Origin: an uncultured virus (IMG/VR IMGVR_UViG_3300008113_000179)
Lineage: Duplodnaviria; Heunggongvirae; Uroviricota; Caudoviricetes
Reading direction: 5' to 3' (one strand)
Length of the DNA stretch: 64,000 bases
Virus record (IMG/VR): IMGVR_UViG_3300008113_000179
In this document: positions 51,273-60,262 of the stretch, piece after piece
Layout of the letters: every line of letters starts with the position of its first letter
Position numbering within the stretch: position 1 is the stretch's first letter
Position numbers and translations under genes: made by a program
The notes under the pieces: model-generated
The model's database searches: none
The model's input: the letters and a program-made list of their open reading frames with translations, nothing else
What the model was told of the DNA's origin: nothing

Positions 51273-52460
51273 ATGGACAAACCTACCTACATTGAAGATA
51301 TTTTTCTAGAATTCCACAATAGGCTGGTTAGTGTCACAACAGTGTCACAACAAGATATATTAGCAAGTGCAAGTTTTTATAATTTAATTAGTGCGGGAAA
51401 CAATGTAACTGAATCTCAAAGCCGGTTTATGTTAAAATTGTTAGAAAAATACAAAACATATGTCAGTTCGCTGGAATTTAATTACAAAGAAAATTTAGTT
51501 AAGCCTGAATGGCGGCAACCTTTTCGGATTCTCGATGACACAAAAAAGATTTATATAGAAATTGATAATGCTGGAAAACAGTGGATCTGTCTCAAGCATC
51601 CGTTTGCATTAAAAGACAAATTTAACAAGGAAGTTCAACCATCACTAACTGATGATCGTTCATTCTGGGACCCAGAACAACGAGTTCGTAAATTTTCCAT
51701 ATACGATATTAATCTAATATTACTGCAAAAATTTATTTCAGATAACGGATTTATTATTGATAACACGTTCTTGGATTATGCTGCTACTGTGGAAGAAATT
51801 TGGCAAGAATCTGTGAATTTTTTACCCTACTGCATGGTTTCTGATAACGAAGTTGTTTTAAAAAACTCAAACGAGTCTACACAAACATACTTTGAAAAAA
51901 ATAAAAAAGAAAATATCTTTGATAATTTACTATTAGCAAAAAATCTTGGGTTCAGATTAGAAAAAATCACAAAACCTGAAAATTTGGTGGAAAAAATCGC
52001 CTCTGAACATGCAACGAAATTTTGGTTGAAAGATATTGAAAAATTTTTTACTATCTATAAAAACATATCAGGGGTGGTTTGTGTTATTGTCGATGACAAT
52101 GCTGATCCACAAGCATGGATTGAAAAGTTTATCGATACTTCGAAGAAAAATGATGTAAACTCTGAAGAAATCCGAGTTTGTTTTAGAACACGAAACGATG
52201 AAAATCCCAAATTCAATGATTGGATTAAAAATAATAATCTGGGCGGACCAATCGATAATGCACGGCTACTAATTTTTAAAAATAAACCCCCTAAGTGGTT
52301 GTTTAAAGATAAGATAGATGTTAAAATTATAGTTGTGAATAAGCCGTTTCCACCTAGTAGCATAATTACGCAATCGTGGATTAGTAATCATCCTTGTGTA
52401 ATTTATCTAGACAAACTGAGGCCATCTATCACTAAGGAAAAAAATATTGTCGACTTGTAA
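51273..52460 (+). CDS. Hypothetical protein upstream of UvsW; start reassigned to 51273
   Basis: 395-aa ORF, AT-rich codons, overlaps the helicase start. Confidence 0.65.
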   Translation: MDKPTYIEDIFLEFHNRLVSVTTVSQQDILASASFYNLISAGNNVTESQSRFMLKLLEKYKTYVSSLEFNYKENLVKPEWRQPFRILDDTKKIYIEIDNAGKQWICLKHPFALKDKFNKEVQPSLTDDRSFWDPEQRVRKFSIYDINLILLQKFISDNGFIIDNTFLDYAATVEEIWQESVNFLPYCMVSDNEVVLKNSNESTQTYFEKNKKENIFDNLLLAKNLGFRLEKITKPENLVEKIASEHATKFWLKDIEKFFTIYKNISGVVCVIVDDNADPQAWIEKFIDTSKKNDVNSEEIRVCFRTRNDENPKFNDWIKNNNLGGPIDNARLLIFKNKPPKWLFKDKIDVKIIVVNKPFPPSSIITQSWISNHPCVIYLDKLRPSITKEKNIVDL

Positions 52461-53901
52461 ACTTACAATTAGAGATGAAGTAAACATTAAGATTGATGGG
52501 CTTAGTGTAGAAATACGGCGCAAGATTGTTAACAAATTAAAGTTCGATCTGCCATATGCAAGACATATGCCAGCATATAAATTAGGCCGATGGGATGGAA
52601 CTAAAACTTATTTTGGTATTGGTGGTACTGGTTATCTTGCACACTTGGATGTCATATTACCCATCATAGAAGATGCAGGATATGAAATTGATGTGGAAGA
52701 TTTACGCAATCATAATACATTTACATTTACTAACGTTACAGAAAACTATTGGTCGGATCAAGGAAAGACTTGGCCTAAAGGGCATCCTCAAGCAGGTCAG
52801 CCTATCATACTGCGTGATTACCAGTATGATGTTGTTAACAAGTTTTTAGAAAATCCTCAAGCATTACAGGAGGTAGCTACAGGTGCCGGCAAAACAATTA
52901 CTACTGCTACGCTTAGTCATCTTTGTGAGCCTTATGGCCGTACAATGGTTATTGTTCCTAACAAATCACTAGTTGTACAAACTGAAGAAGATTATAAAAA
53001 TCTTGGACTTGATGTTGGAGTATACTTTGGTGATCGCAAAGAATTAGGCAAGACCCATACCATTTGTACTTGGCAAAGTCTTAACGTATTAGACAAGAAA
53101 AGTTATGACACAGATGCGCTATCTTTAGCAGAATTTACTGAGGGTGTAACCGCCATAATCATTGATGAAGTGCATCAAGCTAAAGCCGAAGTGCTAACAA
53201 AATTGCTAACAATCAACTTTAGAAACTGTGCGATTCGTTGGGGACTTACCGGAACAGTACCTAAAGAAGCATTTGAATTTCAAGGTATTTTAGCCAGTAT
53301 TGGTCCGGTAATTAATCAAGTGTCAGCACACGATTTACAGGAAAAAGGTGTTCTTGCACAACTGAATATTAATGTATTACAGACAAATGAGGTTCAAGTT
53401 TTTAGAAGCTTCCAAGACGAATACTCATTTTTAGTAACAGACGATGATCGACTAACTTGGATTGCAAACAAAATTAAAACATTATCACTAAGTGGAAATA
53501 CTCTAGTATTAATTAATAGAATTGATACCGGCAATAAATTAATAGAACGATTGCCCGAGGCTGTATTCGTTAGTGGCGGAATGAAACTAGACGATAGGAA
53601 AGAAGAGTATGATGAAATTAAAACTAGTGATGACAAGATTATTGTGGCGACTTACGGTGTGGCCGCTGTGGGTATTAATATCCCTAGGATTTTTAATCTG
53701 GTTCTTCTTGAGCCCGGAAAGAGCTTTGTCAGAGTTATACAGAGTATTGGGCGAGGTATTAGAAAAGCAGAAGACAAGGATCATGTAGAGATCTGGGACA
53801 TAACTAGTGCCTGCAAATATAGCAAGCGGCATCTAACAGAGCGCAAAAAGTTTTACAAGGATGCAAAGTATCCCTTTACAGTAACCAAGGTAACCATATG
53901 A
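52447..53901 (+). CDS. uvsW: SF2 DNA helicase (UvsW-like)
   Basis: LRDYQ, ATGAGKT, IIDEVH, GLTGT, VGINIP, QSIGRG.R. Confidence 0.93.
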   Translation: MSTCKLTIRDEVNIKIDGLSVEIRRKIVNKLKFDLPYARHMPAYKLGRWDGTKTYFGIGGTGYLAHLDVILPIIEDAGYEIDVEDLRNHNTFTFTNVTENYWSDQGKTWPKGHPQAGQPIILRDYQYDVVNKFLENPQALQEVATGAGKTITTATLSHLCEPYGRTMVIVPNKSLVVQTEEDYKNLGLDVGVYFGDRKELGKTHTICTWQSLNVLDKKSYDTDALSLAEFTEGVTAIIIDEVHQAKAEVLTKLLTINFRNCAIRWGLTGTVPKEAFEFQGILASIGPVINQVSAHDLQEKGVLAQLNINVLQTNEVQVFRSFQDEYSFLVTDDDRLTWIANKIKTLSLSGNTLVLINRIDTGNKLIERLPEAVFVSGGMKLDDRKEEYDEIKTSDDKIIVATYGVAAVGINIPRIFNLVLLEPGKSFVRVIQSIGRGIRKAEDKDHVEIWDITSACKYSKRHLTERKKFYKDAKYPFTVTKVTI

Positions 53902-54404
53902 GAATTTTAACACTGAACAATAGATCTTTTGATCTAAACGAATTACCGGATGAGGTAGATGAAGATACACGATTTAGTGTGTTAGATAATTCAAATCCTA
54001 ATGAACCAGATTTTTTCTTTATGCCGCTAATTTTTCTTGAATCATTTAATAGTCCTGCTATTTTATTAAATGTTGGAGGCTATGCAGTCCAAATGCCTTT
54101 AGACTGGTGTATGGTAGTTGGTGACAAAGATTGCGGGCTCGATCCAGAAGTTTTACCATTAACTAGTATTAACGAACGTGGATTTGATGCAATGTGTTTT
54201 AATCCTATTAACGGATTTAAAGTTGAATTTCGACCAATTGAAATTGTAAATATCTATCAAGACGTTCGTTGGTATTTTCCAAAGATGAAAAATGGCCAAC
54301 TACTAACAGTGCCTTTACACGACGGCGATAGCCCTCCGTGTGTTTACTTTGTTAAAGAAGTATCAAGACAATGTGAAGTAATTCAATTAGATAAAATATT
54401 ATAA
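53898..54404 (+). CDS. Hypothetical beta-rich protein (possible degenerate Hint-like fold)
   Basis: ATGA overlap with uvsW; see findings. Confidence 0.6.
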   Translation: MRILTLNNRSFDLNELPDEVDEDTRFSVLDNSNPNEPDFFFMPLIFLESFNSPAILLNVGGYAVQMPLDWCMVVGDKDCGLDPEVLPLTSINERGFDAMCFNPINGFKVEFRPIEIVNIYQDVRWYFPKMKNGQLLTVPLHDGDSPPCVYFVKEVSRQCEVIQLDKIL

Positions 54405-54412
54405 GGACTAAT

Positions 54413-54769
54413 ATGAAAGCAGGAAAAGTATGGGGACAGACTGAATTGCTAGAAGCTAATGGTGTACTAGAATTTCACCGCATTGAAGCCAAGGCCGGCG
54501 GAGTGTGTTCCAAGCACAAACACAAGTTTAAATGGAACGGATTTTTTGTTGAATCAGGTGAAATGATTATTCGAGTATGGAAGAATAATTATGATCTAGT
54601 AGACGAAACCTTGTTAAAGGCAGGTGATTATACCAAAGTTGCACCCGGAGAGTATCATCAGTTCGAAGCGGTTACCGATTGTGTTGCCTTTGAATTGTAT
54701 TGGGCAGAATTTGACCATAACGACATTGAACGCGAAACAGTTGGACATGCAAAGAATGGGAAACCTTAA
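54413..54769 (+). CDS. Cupin-domain protein
   Basis: K.WG, CS.H.H..K...F.V.SG, L..GD...V.PG.YHQF. Confidence 0.85.
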   Translation: MKAGKVWGQTELLEANGVLEFHRIEAKAGGVCSKHKHKFKWNGFFVESGEMIIRVWKNNYDLVDETLLKAGDYTKVAPGEYHQFEAVTDCVAFELYWAEFDHNDIERETVGHAKNGKP

Positions 54770-55055
54770 ACCAGGAGCATCTTACGTGTACGAGCGAGAG
54801 CAAGGCACCGTGTATGCTCATGAAACGGGAACTGATCCTAGTACTAGACAACCAATTGGGTGGAATTACGATCCTGGAGAATCGCCCCGATTCGATGCTC
54901 GAACGGATGACAGAAGACCGTTGCACGAACACATAATGGAAAACAAGTTATGGGGTGATATTCGACAAGCTGCAAAAACAAATATCACTTTACAAGATGC
55001 CCTAGAACGTGTTAAAATATTGTATCACTTGAGCAAAGAAAATGGGACAAAATAA
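54756..55055 (+). CDS. Hypothetical protein; start reassigned to about 54756
   Basis: MGNLKPGASYVYER...LQDALERVKILY; the longer track ORF overlaps the cupin gene. Confidence 0.6.
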   Translation: MGNLKPGASYVYEREQGTVYAHETGTDPSTRQPIGWNYDPGESPRFDARTDDRRPLHEHIMENKLWGDIRQAAKTNITLQDALERVKILYHLSKENGTK

Positions 55056-55521
55056 ACACGTAGACCTTTTTAAGGATATGATTCCGGCAGTAGACTTGGG
55101 TCTTATGGACCTATGGGATGCTGTTACTGAGGAAGGTCGAAAAGAAATTAAAGGCGACTTTTGGAATCTTAATCGTTACATCAGTAATGTTAAATCTAAT
55201 AATAAAGAGTTGCAAGAACACTTCCTGTTAACTACAAACGAATTTTATAACAAGCACTGGAATGACATTCAAAAACATCCCAAGTTAGTTTGGCAAACTT
55301 TATGTATGTGTAGTCATGAAAGTAAAAAAACTCAATTTCACGAATGGATTCCTTTAAAGAAACAAAAGAATAAAAAGGTTGAATTTTTGTCGGAACTATT
55401 TCCTAATATGAAAATAGCAGATGTTGAAACATTAGCTACTGTAACTACTGACAAAGAAATTAAGGAATACTGTGCGACACTTGGTTGGGATAAAAAGCAA
55501 GTCAATGCAATTAAATTTTAA
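55042..55521 (+). CDS. Putative clamp loader small subunit (T4 gp62-like)
   Basis: Size and pattern LF.D...A.D, ..NRY.S, ..N...N, W...K, ...L...TD.E resemble gp62; in the replication module. Confidence 0.5.
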   Translation: MGQNKHVDLFKDMIPAVDLGLMDLWDAVTEEGRKEIKGDFWNLNRYISNVKSNNKELQEHFLLTTNEFYNKHWNDIQKHPKLVWQTLCMCSHESKKTQFHEWIPLKKQKNKKVEFLSELFPNMKIADVETLATVTTDKEIKEYCATLGWDKKQVNAIKF

Positions 55522-56188
55522 ATGCGAACATTGTGAAAAATTATTTGCTAAAGAAAAAACTTTAGTAGTTCACATCTGCGAACAAAAACGTAGACATTTA
55601 AGCAAAAATGAAAAGCATGTTCAAATGGGGCTGTTAACTTTCCAGCGGTTTTATGAGCTCACACAAAAAGCAAAGCAACCAAAAACTTTTGAGGAATTTG
55701 CATCAAGTAGTTTTTATACAGCGTTTGTTAAGTTTGGTAGCTTCATGGTTAATACCGCTCCGATCTATCCAGAAAGATTTATTGACTTTGTTGTTAAGAG
55801 TGGAGTTAAATTAGATCACTGGTGCAGAGACGAGTTATACGACAAATACATCAGCGAACTAATTAAAATAGAACCTGCAGATGGCGCTGTACAACGAACG
55901 ATCCAGTCTATGATGAATTGGGCAGATAACAACTCTGCACCGTGGGAACACTATTTTGCTTATGTTAATTTAAACAGAGCTACACACGATATTAAAGAAG
56001 GTTTAATAAGTCCTTGGATCTTGTTAAATACCAAAGCAGGAAAAGAAATGCTTCAGCGCATGAATGACGAACAATTAGAAATTGTTGGTCCGGTAATTGA
56101 CCCACAATTCTGGATGCGTAGATTTAAATCTTTACCGGCAGATATTGAACTTATTAAAGACGTCATCAAGGAGGCGAAAATATTATAA
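55505..56188 (+). CDS. Hypothetical protein with N-terminal Zn-finger
   Basis: FKCEHCEKLF...TL..H.C motif; start reassigned to 55505. Confidence 0.65.
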   Translation: MQLNFKCEHCEKLFAKEKTLVVHICEQKRRHLSKNEKHVQMGLLTFQRFYELTQKAKQPKTFEEFASSSFYTAFVKFGSFMVNTAPIYPERFIDFVVKSGVKLDHWCRDELYDKYISELIKIEPADGAVQRTIQSMMNWADNNSAPWEHYFAYVNLNRATHDIKEGLISPWILLNTKAGKEMLQRMNDEQLEIVGPVIDPQFWMRRFKSLPADIELIKDVIKEAKIL

Positions 56189-56412
56189 TGGCCAAACGAC
56201 CAGATCCTGAGATTCAAGAAGAAGAATTAAAAGACAACGAAGAATTTATTTCTAGAGATGACATTGATATTGAAGTAGTAGTTGCAGAAGATACTAACGA
56301 TGTATATGTAAAATTTTCTGGTTTTGATGATGATGAAGATGCAGCAGAATATGCAGAATTTTTAGCAGAAACATTGCCATTACTGTTATTTGAAACTACG
56401 AGGTTACAATAA
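56188..56412 (+). CDS. Small very acidic protein
   Basis: 74 aa, Asp/Glu-rich, TAATG coupling on both sides. Confidence 0.6.
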   Translation: MAKRPDPEIQEEELKDNEEFISRDDIDIEVVVAEDTNDVYVKFSGFDDDEDAAEYAEFLAETLPLLLFETTRLQ

Positions 56413-56987
56413 TGCCAGACATCGATATTGACTTTGTTGATAGAGAAGCCGCACTTAAATTATTTAAATATACAACTGCAAGTCGTCTTGAAAATAATAA
56501 TCTAGTGAAACACAATACCGGAGTCTATCTACACGATGTTCCAGTAGATCCGATCACTGGATTATGTTCTATCCCATATGACCAAGCAGAGGATAAGTTT
56601 TTTAAAATAGACTTTCTTAATGTTGGGATTTATAAAGGTGTTCGAGATGAGGCACACTTAACACAACTAATGGGGACTGAACCACTATGGGATCTACTAG
56701 AACAAGACGACTTTAGCAACTTGCTATTTCACGTGAATGGACATGGGTCTATCTTAAAACAAACAAAGCCGCAGAGTGTGGAACAATTAGCGGCAGTACT
56801 TGCAATGATTCGTCCCGCCAAGCGTTACTTGATAGGAAAAGGATGGAACGAAATCAATTCAGAGGTGTGGGTAAAGCCTGTAAACGATGATTATTTCTTT
56901 AAGAAAAGTCATGCTACTGCATATGCTGTAGCCATTGTAGTACAAATGAATTTAATTTGCGAAAATATTAGTTATGGGTTTAGTTAA
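56412..56987 (+). CDS. Miniature DnaE/Pol III alpha-like (family C) polymerase domain
   Basis: MPDIDIDF, KHNTGVY, FKIDFLNV, LAAVLAMIRP, YFFKKSHATAYA match DnaE motifs PDIDxDF, HAAGVV, KxDFLGL, ALxRPG, YxFNKSHAxAYA in order. Confidence 0.85.
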   Translation: MPDIDIDFVDREAALKLFKYTTASRLENNNLVKHNTGVYLHDVPVDPITGLCSIPYDQAEDKFFKIDFLNVGIYKGVRDEAHLTQLMGTEPLWDLLEQDDFSNLLFHVNGHGSILKQTKPQSVEQLAAVLAMIRPAKRYLIGKGWNEINSEVWVKPVNDDYFFKKSHATAYAVAIVVQMNLICENISYGFS

Positions 56988-57355
56988 GTTGCTTTTCTAA
57001 CTAGCGTAATAGATTTTCGTTTAATTCTTTTTGTTATAATATCATTTAAACTTGTGCATGGGCCTAATACAAGTCTAACATCTTTAGTTGAAAAATTCTT
57101 AATTGCGTATCTAAACTCAAAAATTTCTCTAGATAAAAATATATTAATGGGGATTTGCCTATTTGATTCCCACCACCAAGCTTCTCCTAATTCTAAAAAC
57201 TTGGCTTTTTCTGGATCTGTTTTAATAGAAGCATAATCATAAAGGCTAGTTATTGCGGCATCTTGATTGATGATAATACCCACGTATTCTTGGCTAACGT
57301 GAGTGATAACGCTAATAAACGGAAAATTTTCTTGTAGGTTTTCTGTAATTCTCAT
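56984..57355 (-). CDS. Hypothetical protein; start reassigned to 57355 (MRITENL)
   Basis: EYVGII.N.D, FLELGE.WWWESNR.IPINIFL; the upstream extension overlaps the next plus gene. Confidence 0.65.
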   Translation of the reverse strand: MRITENLQENFPFISVITHVSQEYVGIIINQDAAITSLYDYASIKTDPEKAKFLELGEAWWWESNRQIPINIFLSREIFEFRYAIKNFSTKDVRLVLGPCTSLNDIITKRIKRKSITLVRKAT

Positions 57356-57384
57356 ACTAAATATATTAAAGGGTCGACAAATGT

Positions 57385-58179
57385 ATGCAACTAATTCCAG
57401 TTTATTTATATCCAAACAAGGTCGACGTCTACACAAATGTCCCTGGGACATGGACCACGGAGAGGTATCGAAAAGTGTATAATCGAACTGTAAAGCTGTT
57501 TCGTGGTGCCGATAACCGTGTTGATATTCAGATAAGAAACTCTGACGAAAAAGCATTAAATGTAACCGGCTCCACAGTATCATTTAGCCTTATTAGGTAC
57601 AGCAACCAAAGTTTAGTGGTTACAAAAACTTGCACACCTATTGATATAACCAAAGGTAGATTTTACGTAACTATTACCGAACAAGAACTGTATGATATCA
57701 ACAATGGGTTTTATCAATACTCGGTCTACAAAGAAACTCCAACAGGAGTAAAAACTCCATTATATATTGATAGTCAGTATGGTGCTGTAGCTAACATCGA
57801 AGTTGTAGGCGACATAAAAGGTAATTTGCAACCGAGCCTTGATATAATCGAGTTTGCTGAATATAACCCCGGTGTGTTTGGAGAAATTGGTAATATATTT
57901 TTTACTAGCAGTCTAATAGATACAAATTATGAATCAGAAGTTAGTAACAGTACACATACATTTGCGTTTTATTCAACAGGATATACTGGATCGGTAAAAA
58001 TACAAGCAAGTTTAGACGAAAGTGCTGCACCTAATAATTGGACAACAATTACTACAATTTCGATCAATAATGACCCGTTAATGTATTCAAACGTTACCGG
58101 CAAATGGAAATGGTTTCGAATTGTGCATACTCCGGTAACTAATTCTACCGGAAAGTTTGACAAAATAACGTATAGATAG
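57385..58179 (+). CDS. Probable virion structural protein (beta-sandwich, baseplate-upper-like)
   Basis: TAAATA at 57358-57363; G.DN...I.IRN.D.K..NVTG, G.Y.YSV beta-rich pattern. Confidence 0.5.
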   Translation: MQLIPVYLYPNKVDVYTNVPGTWTTERYRKVYNRTVKLFRGADNRVDIQIRNSDEKALNVTGSTVSFSLIRYSNQSLVVTKTCTPIDITKGRFYVTITEQELYDINNGFYQYSVYKETPTGVKTPLYIDSQYGAVANIEVVGDIKGNLQPSLDIIEFAEYNPGVFGEIGNIFFTSSLIDTNYESEVSNSTHTFAFYSTGYTGSVKIQASLDESAAPNNWTTITTISINNDPLMYSNVTGKWKWFRIVHTPVTNSTGKFDKITYR

Positions 58180-58185
58180 TATACT
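58157..58185 (+). promoter_or_regulatory. sigma70-like promoter directly upstream of the primase ATG
   Basis: TTGACA-17 nt-TATACT, 6 nt, ATG. Confidence 0.8.
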
Positions 58186-58191
58186 AGTGCT

Positions 58192-59208
58192 ATGGCCCTA
58201 GTCGTAGACACTTTTCGTAAACTAATACCTCCCCGTGCTAAGTCGAGCCCTAGCGGATGGATCAGTTTTAATGCCCCATGTTGCAGTCATCGTGGACATA
58301 GTTCAGATACTCGTAAACGTGGCGGGCTTATGGTTGGCGATTCAATTGTATTCAATTGCTTTAATTGTAAATTTTCTACAGGGTGGAAGCCTGGGTCGTC
58401 ACTAACTACTAAATTTAAAAATTTGTGTAAGTGGTTAGGAGCATCAGACGACGATATCAAGCACATGATATTCGATGCTATGAAAACCGAATCCGTTGAC
58501 TATGTGCCTACAGAATCAAAAGAACTTGTAATATTCACGAAAAAAGAATTGCCGCCAGGCTCATTGCCTATTAAAGAATGGGCTAATCGATCATCATCAT
58601 TATTAACTGAACTAGGTCCAGTATTAGAATATCTTGTTGATAGAGGGTTTGATCCAGCTGCCAATAATTTTTATTGGAGTCCTGAACCAGGATATTCTGA
58701 TAGAGTTATCATTCCGTTTTTCTATAACGGAGAAATTGTTGGCAATACTGCAAGAAAAGTTCGTAACGGCAAACCAAAATATTTGTCAGATCAACATCCG
58801 TTTTTTGTGTTCAATGTTGACGAGCAAACAGAAGAAAAAAAATATGTATTTGTTTGTGAAGGCCCGTTTGATGCATTATCAATCGGAGGTGTTGCACTTC
58901 TCACTAATGAAATCTCTTCGCAGCAGGCCCGCATAATTAATAATATAGGGTGTGAAGTTATTGTGATCCCAGATCAAGATATTCCAGGACTGGTATTGAT
59001 TGATCAAGCAAAAGAATTAGGATGGAAGGTAGCATTCCCCACGTGGGACAATGATACTAAAGATTGTGCAGATGCTGTACAAAAATATGGAAAATTATTT
59101 GTTATTGTGGATGCTATAAAAACAGCCACTAACAATCCTGCTAAAATAGAAATTGAAAAAAGAAAACTTCGAGATAAGTTTGAATATATGGAGAATCAAC
59201 ATGGTTAA
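58192..59208 (+). CDS. gp61: DNA primase (T4 gp61-like, Zn-finger plus TOPRIM)
   Basis: PCC...FNCFNC, YL..RG, RVIIPF, PKY, VCEGPFDA, PDQD..G, KD..DA. Confidence 0.88.
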   Translation: MALVVDTFRKLIPPRAKSSPSGWISFNAPCCSHRGHSSDTRKRGGLMVGDSIVFNCFNCKFSTGWKPGSSLTTKFKNLCKWLGASDDDIKHMIFDAMKTESVDYVPTESKELVIFTKKELPPGSLPIKEWANRSSSLLTELGPVLEYLVDRGFDPAANNFYWSPEPGYSDRVIIPFFYNGEIVGNTARKVRNGKPKYLSDQHPFFVFNVDEQTEEKKYVFVCEGPFDALSIGGVALLTNEISSQQARIINNIGCEVIVIPDQDIPGLVLIDQAKELGWKVAFPTWDNDTKDCADAVQKYGKLFVIVDAIKTATNNPAKIEIEKRKLRDKFEYMENQHG

Positions 59209-59317
59209 AAAAATACTAAATTTTATTTTATATCCCTGGCACAAGTATCAAGAACACAAGGCGTGGAAAAAACGTTTAGAAGAATTACGTAAACGTGATC
59301 CATTTATCTACAAATGA
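59201..59317 (+). CDS. 38-aa basic peptide (not in ORF track) coupled to the half carbamoyltransferase
   Basis: GGAG SD; MVKKILNFILYPWHKYQEHKAWKKRLEELRKRDPFIYK; ATGA overlap with next gene. Confidence 0.6.
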   Translation: MVKKILNFILYPWHKYQEHKAWKKRLEELRKRDPFIYK

Positions 59318-60255
59318 TTGAGTGGGGGGTGAATGCCCTTAATCACGGTTCTAGTCTAGCTGTATTCAAGGACGGTAGTCTATGGTCCAACCAAGCGGGC
59401 TCTTCGGACGAGTTAGACAGCAAAATAATTACCGATGCCCTGCATGTTGGAGCACCGGATCGTATCTTTTGGTACGAACGTCCCTGGATAAAGAAGGCAA
59501 GACAACTACGTGCAGGCCAATGGCATCGTGTCTTAGACATGTCCGTACTTCCACGCAAATACATGAAAGCGCAACATTATGCTCCGATCACTTATACTCC
59601 GCATCATGCTAGCCATGCAGCCGCAGGCTACTATACCAGTCCTTTTAATCATTGTGCTATTGTGGTACTCGACGCCATAGGTGAGTTTGAATGTGCTACC
59701 ATATGGGAAGGCAAGCAAGGAGAAATGCGCAAAGTGTGGAGTAGAAGCTATCCAAATAGTTTAGGATTATTTTACAGTGCATTTACACACGCTCTCGGAA
59801 TGACTCCTATTCAAGATGAATATCAGTTACAACAAATGTCTGAAAAAGGCAATCCTAAAATTTTTTATTACAAAGTAAAGAAATATTTTACAGGTCTTTT
59901 AGAATTGAATTATAATTTTCACAAAGGTGTTAATGATCAAAAATTCTACATAGATAGCATAGAAGACGAATGCAATCTTGCTGCCGCTGTTCAATTAGTG
60001 TTTGAAGAACAAATTGCATTGATTATGAATAAGGCAAAAGAACTAACTAATTCAGATTGTTTAGTATACATGGGTGGATGTGCAATGAACAGCAAGGCAA
60101 ATAAAAAAATTGTAGAGCCCATGTTTGAGTATCGTTGGTCATTGCCTAATCCAGGAGACCCTAGCAGTAGTATTGGAGCAGTATTGTATCACACTAAACA
60201 AAGAGAGCAAAAATACAACTTTGGTGTTGCAAAACATATAGAGATTCGTGTATAA
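59314..60255 (+). CDS. Carbamoyltransferase N-terminal (Kae1-like) domain only
   Basis: HGSS.A, YE.P..K..R, HHASHAAAG, DAIGE, SLGLFYS.FT, AA.VQ..FE, GGCAMN..AN, GD.SS.IGA; no C-terminal GPRALG/NTSFN domain. Confidence 0.85.
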   Translation: MIEWGVNALNHGSSLAVFKDGSLWSNQAGSSDELDSKIITDALHVGAPDRIFWYERPWIKKARQLRAGQWHRVLDMSVLPRKYMKAQHYAPITYTPHHASHAAAGYYTSPFNHCAIVVLDAIGEFECATIWEGKQGEMRKVWSRSYPNSLGLFYSAFTHALGMTPIQDEYQLQQMSEKGNPKIFYYKVKKYFTGLLELNYNFHKGVNDQKFYIDSIEDECNLAAAVQLVFEEQIALIMNKAKELTNSDCLVYMGGCAMNSKANKKIVEPMFEYRWSLPNPGDPSSSIGAVLYHTKQREQKYNFGVAKHIEIRV

Positions 60256-60256
60256 T
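60227..60256 (+). promoter_or_regulatory. sigma70-like promoter
   Basis: TTGCAA-18 nt-TATAAT, 6 nt, ATG 60263. Confidence 0.55.
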
Positions 60257-60262
60257 AAAAGT

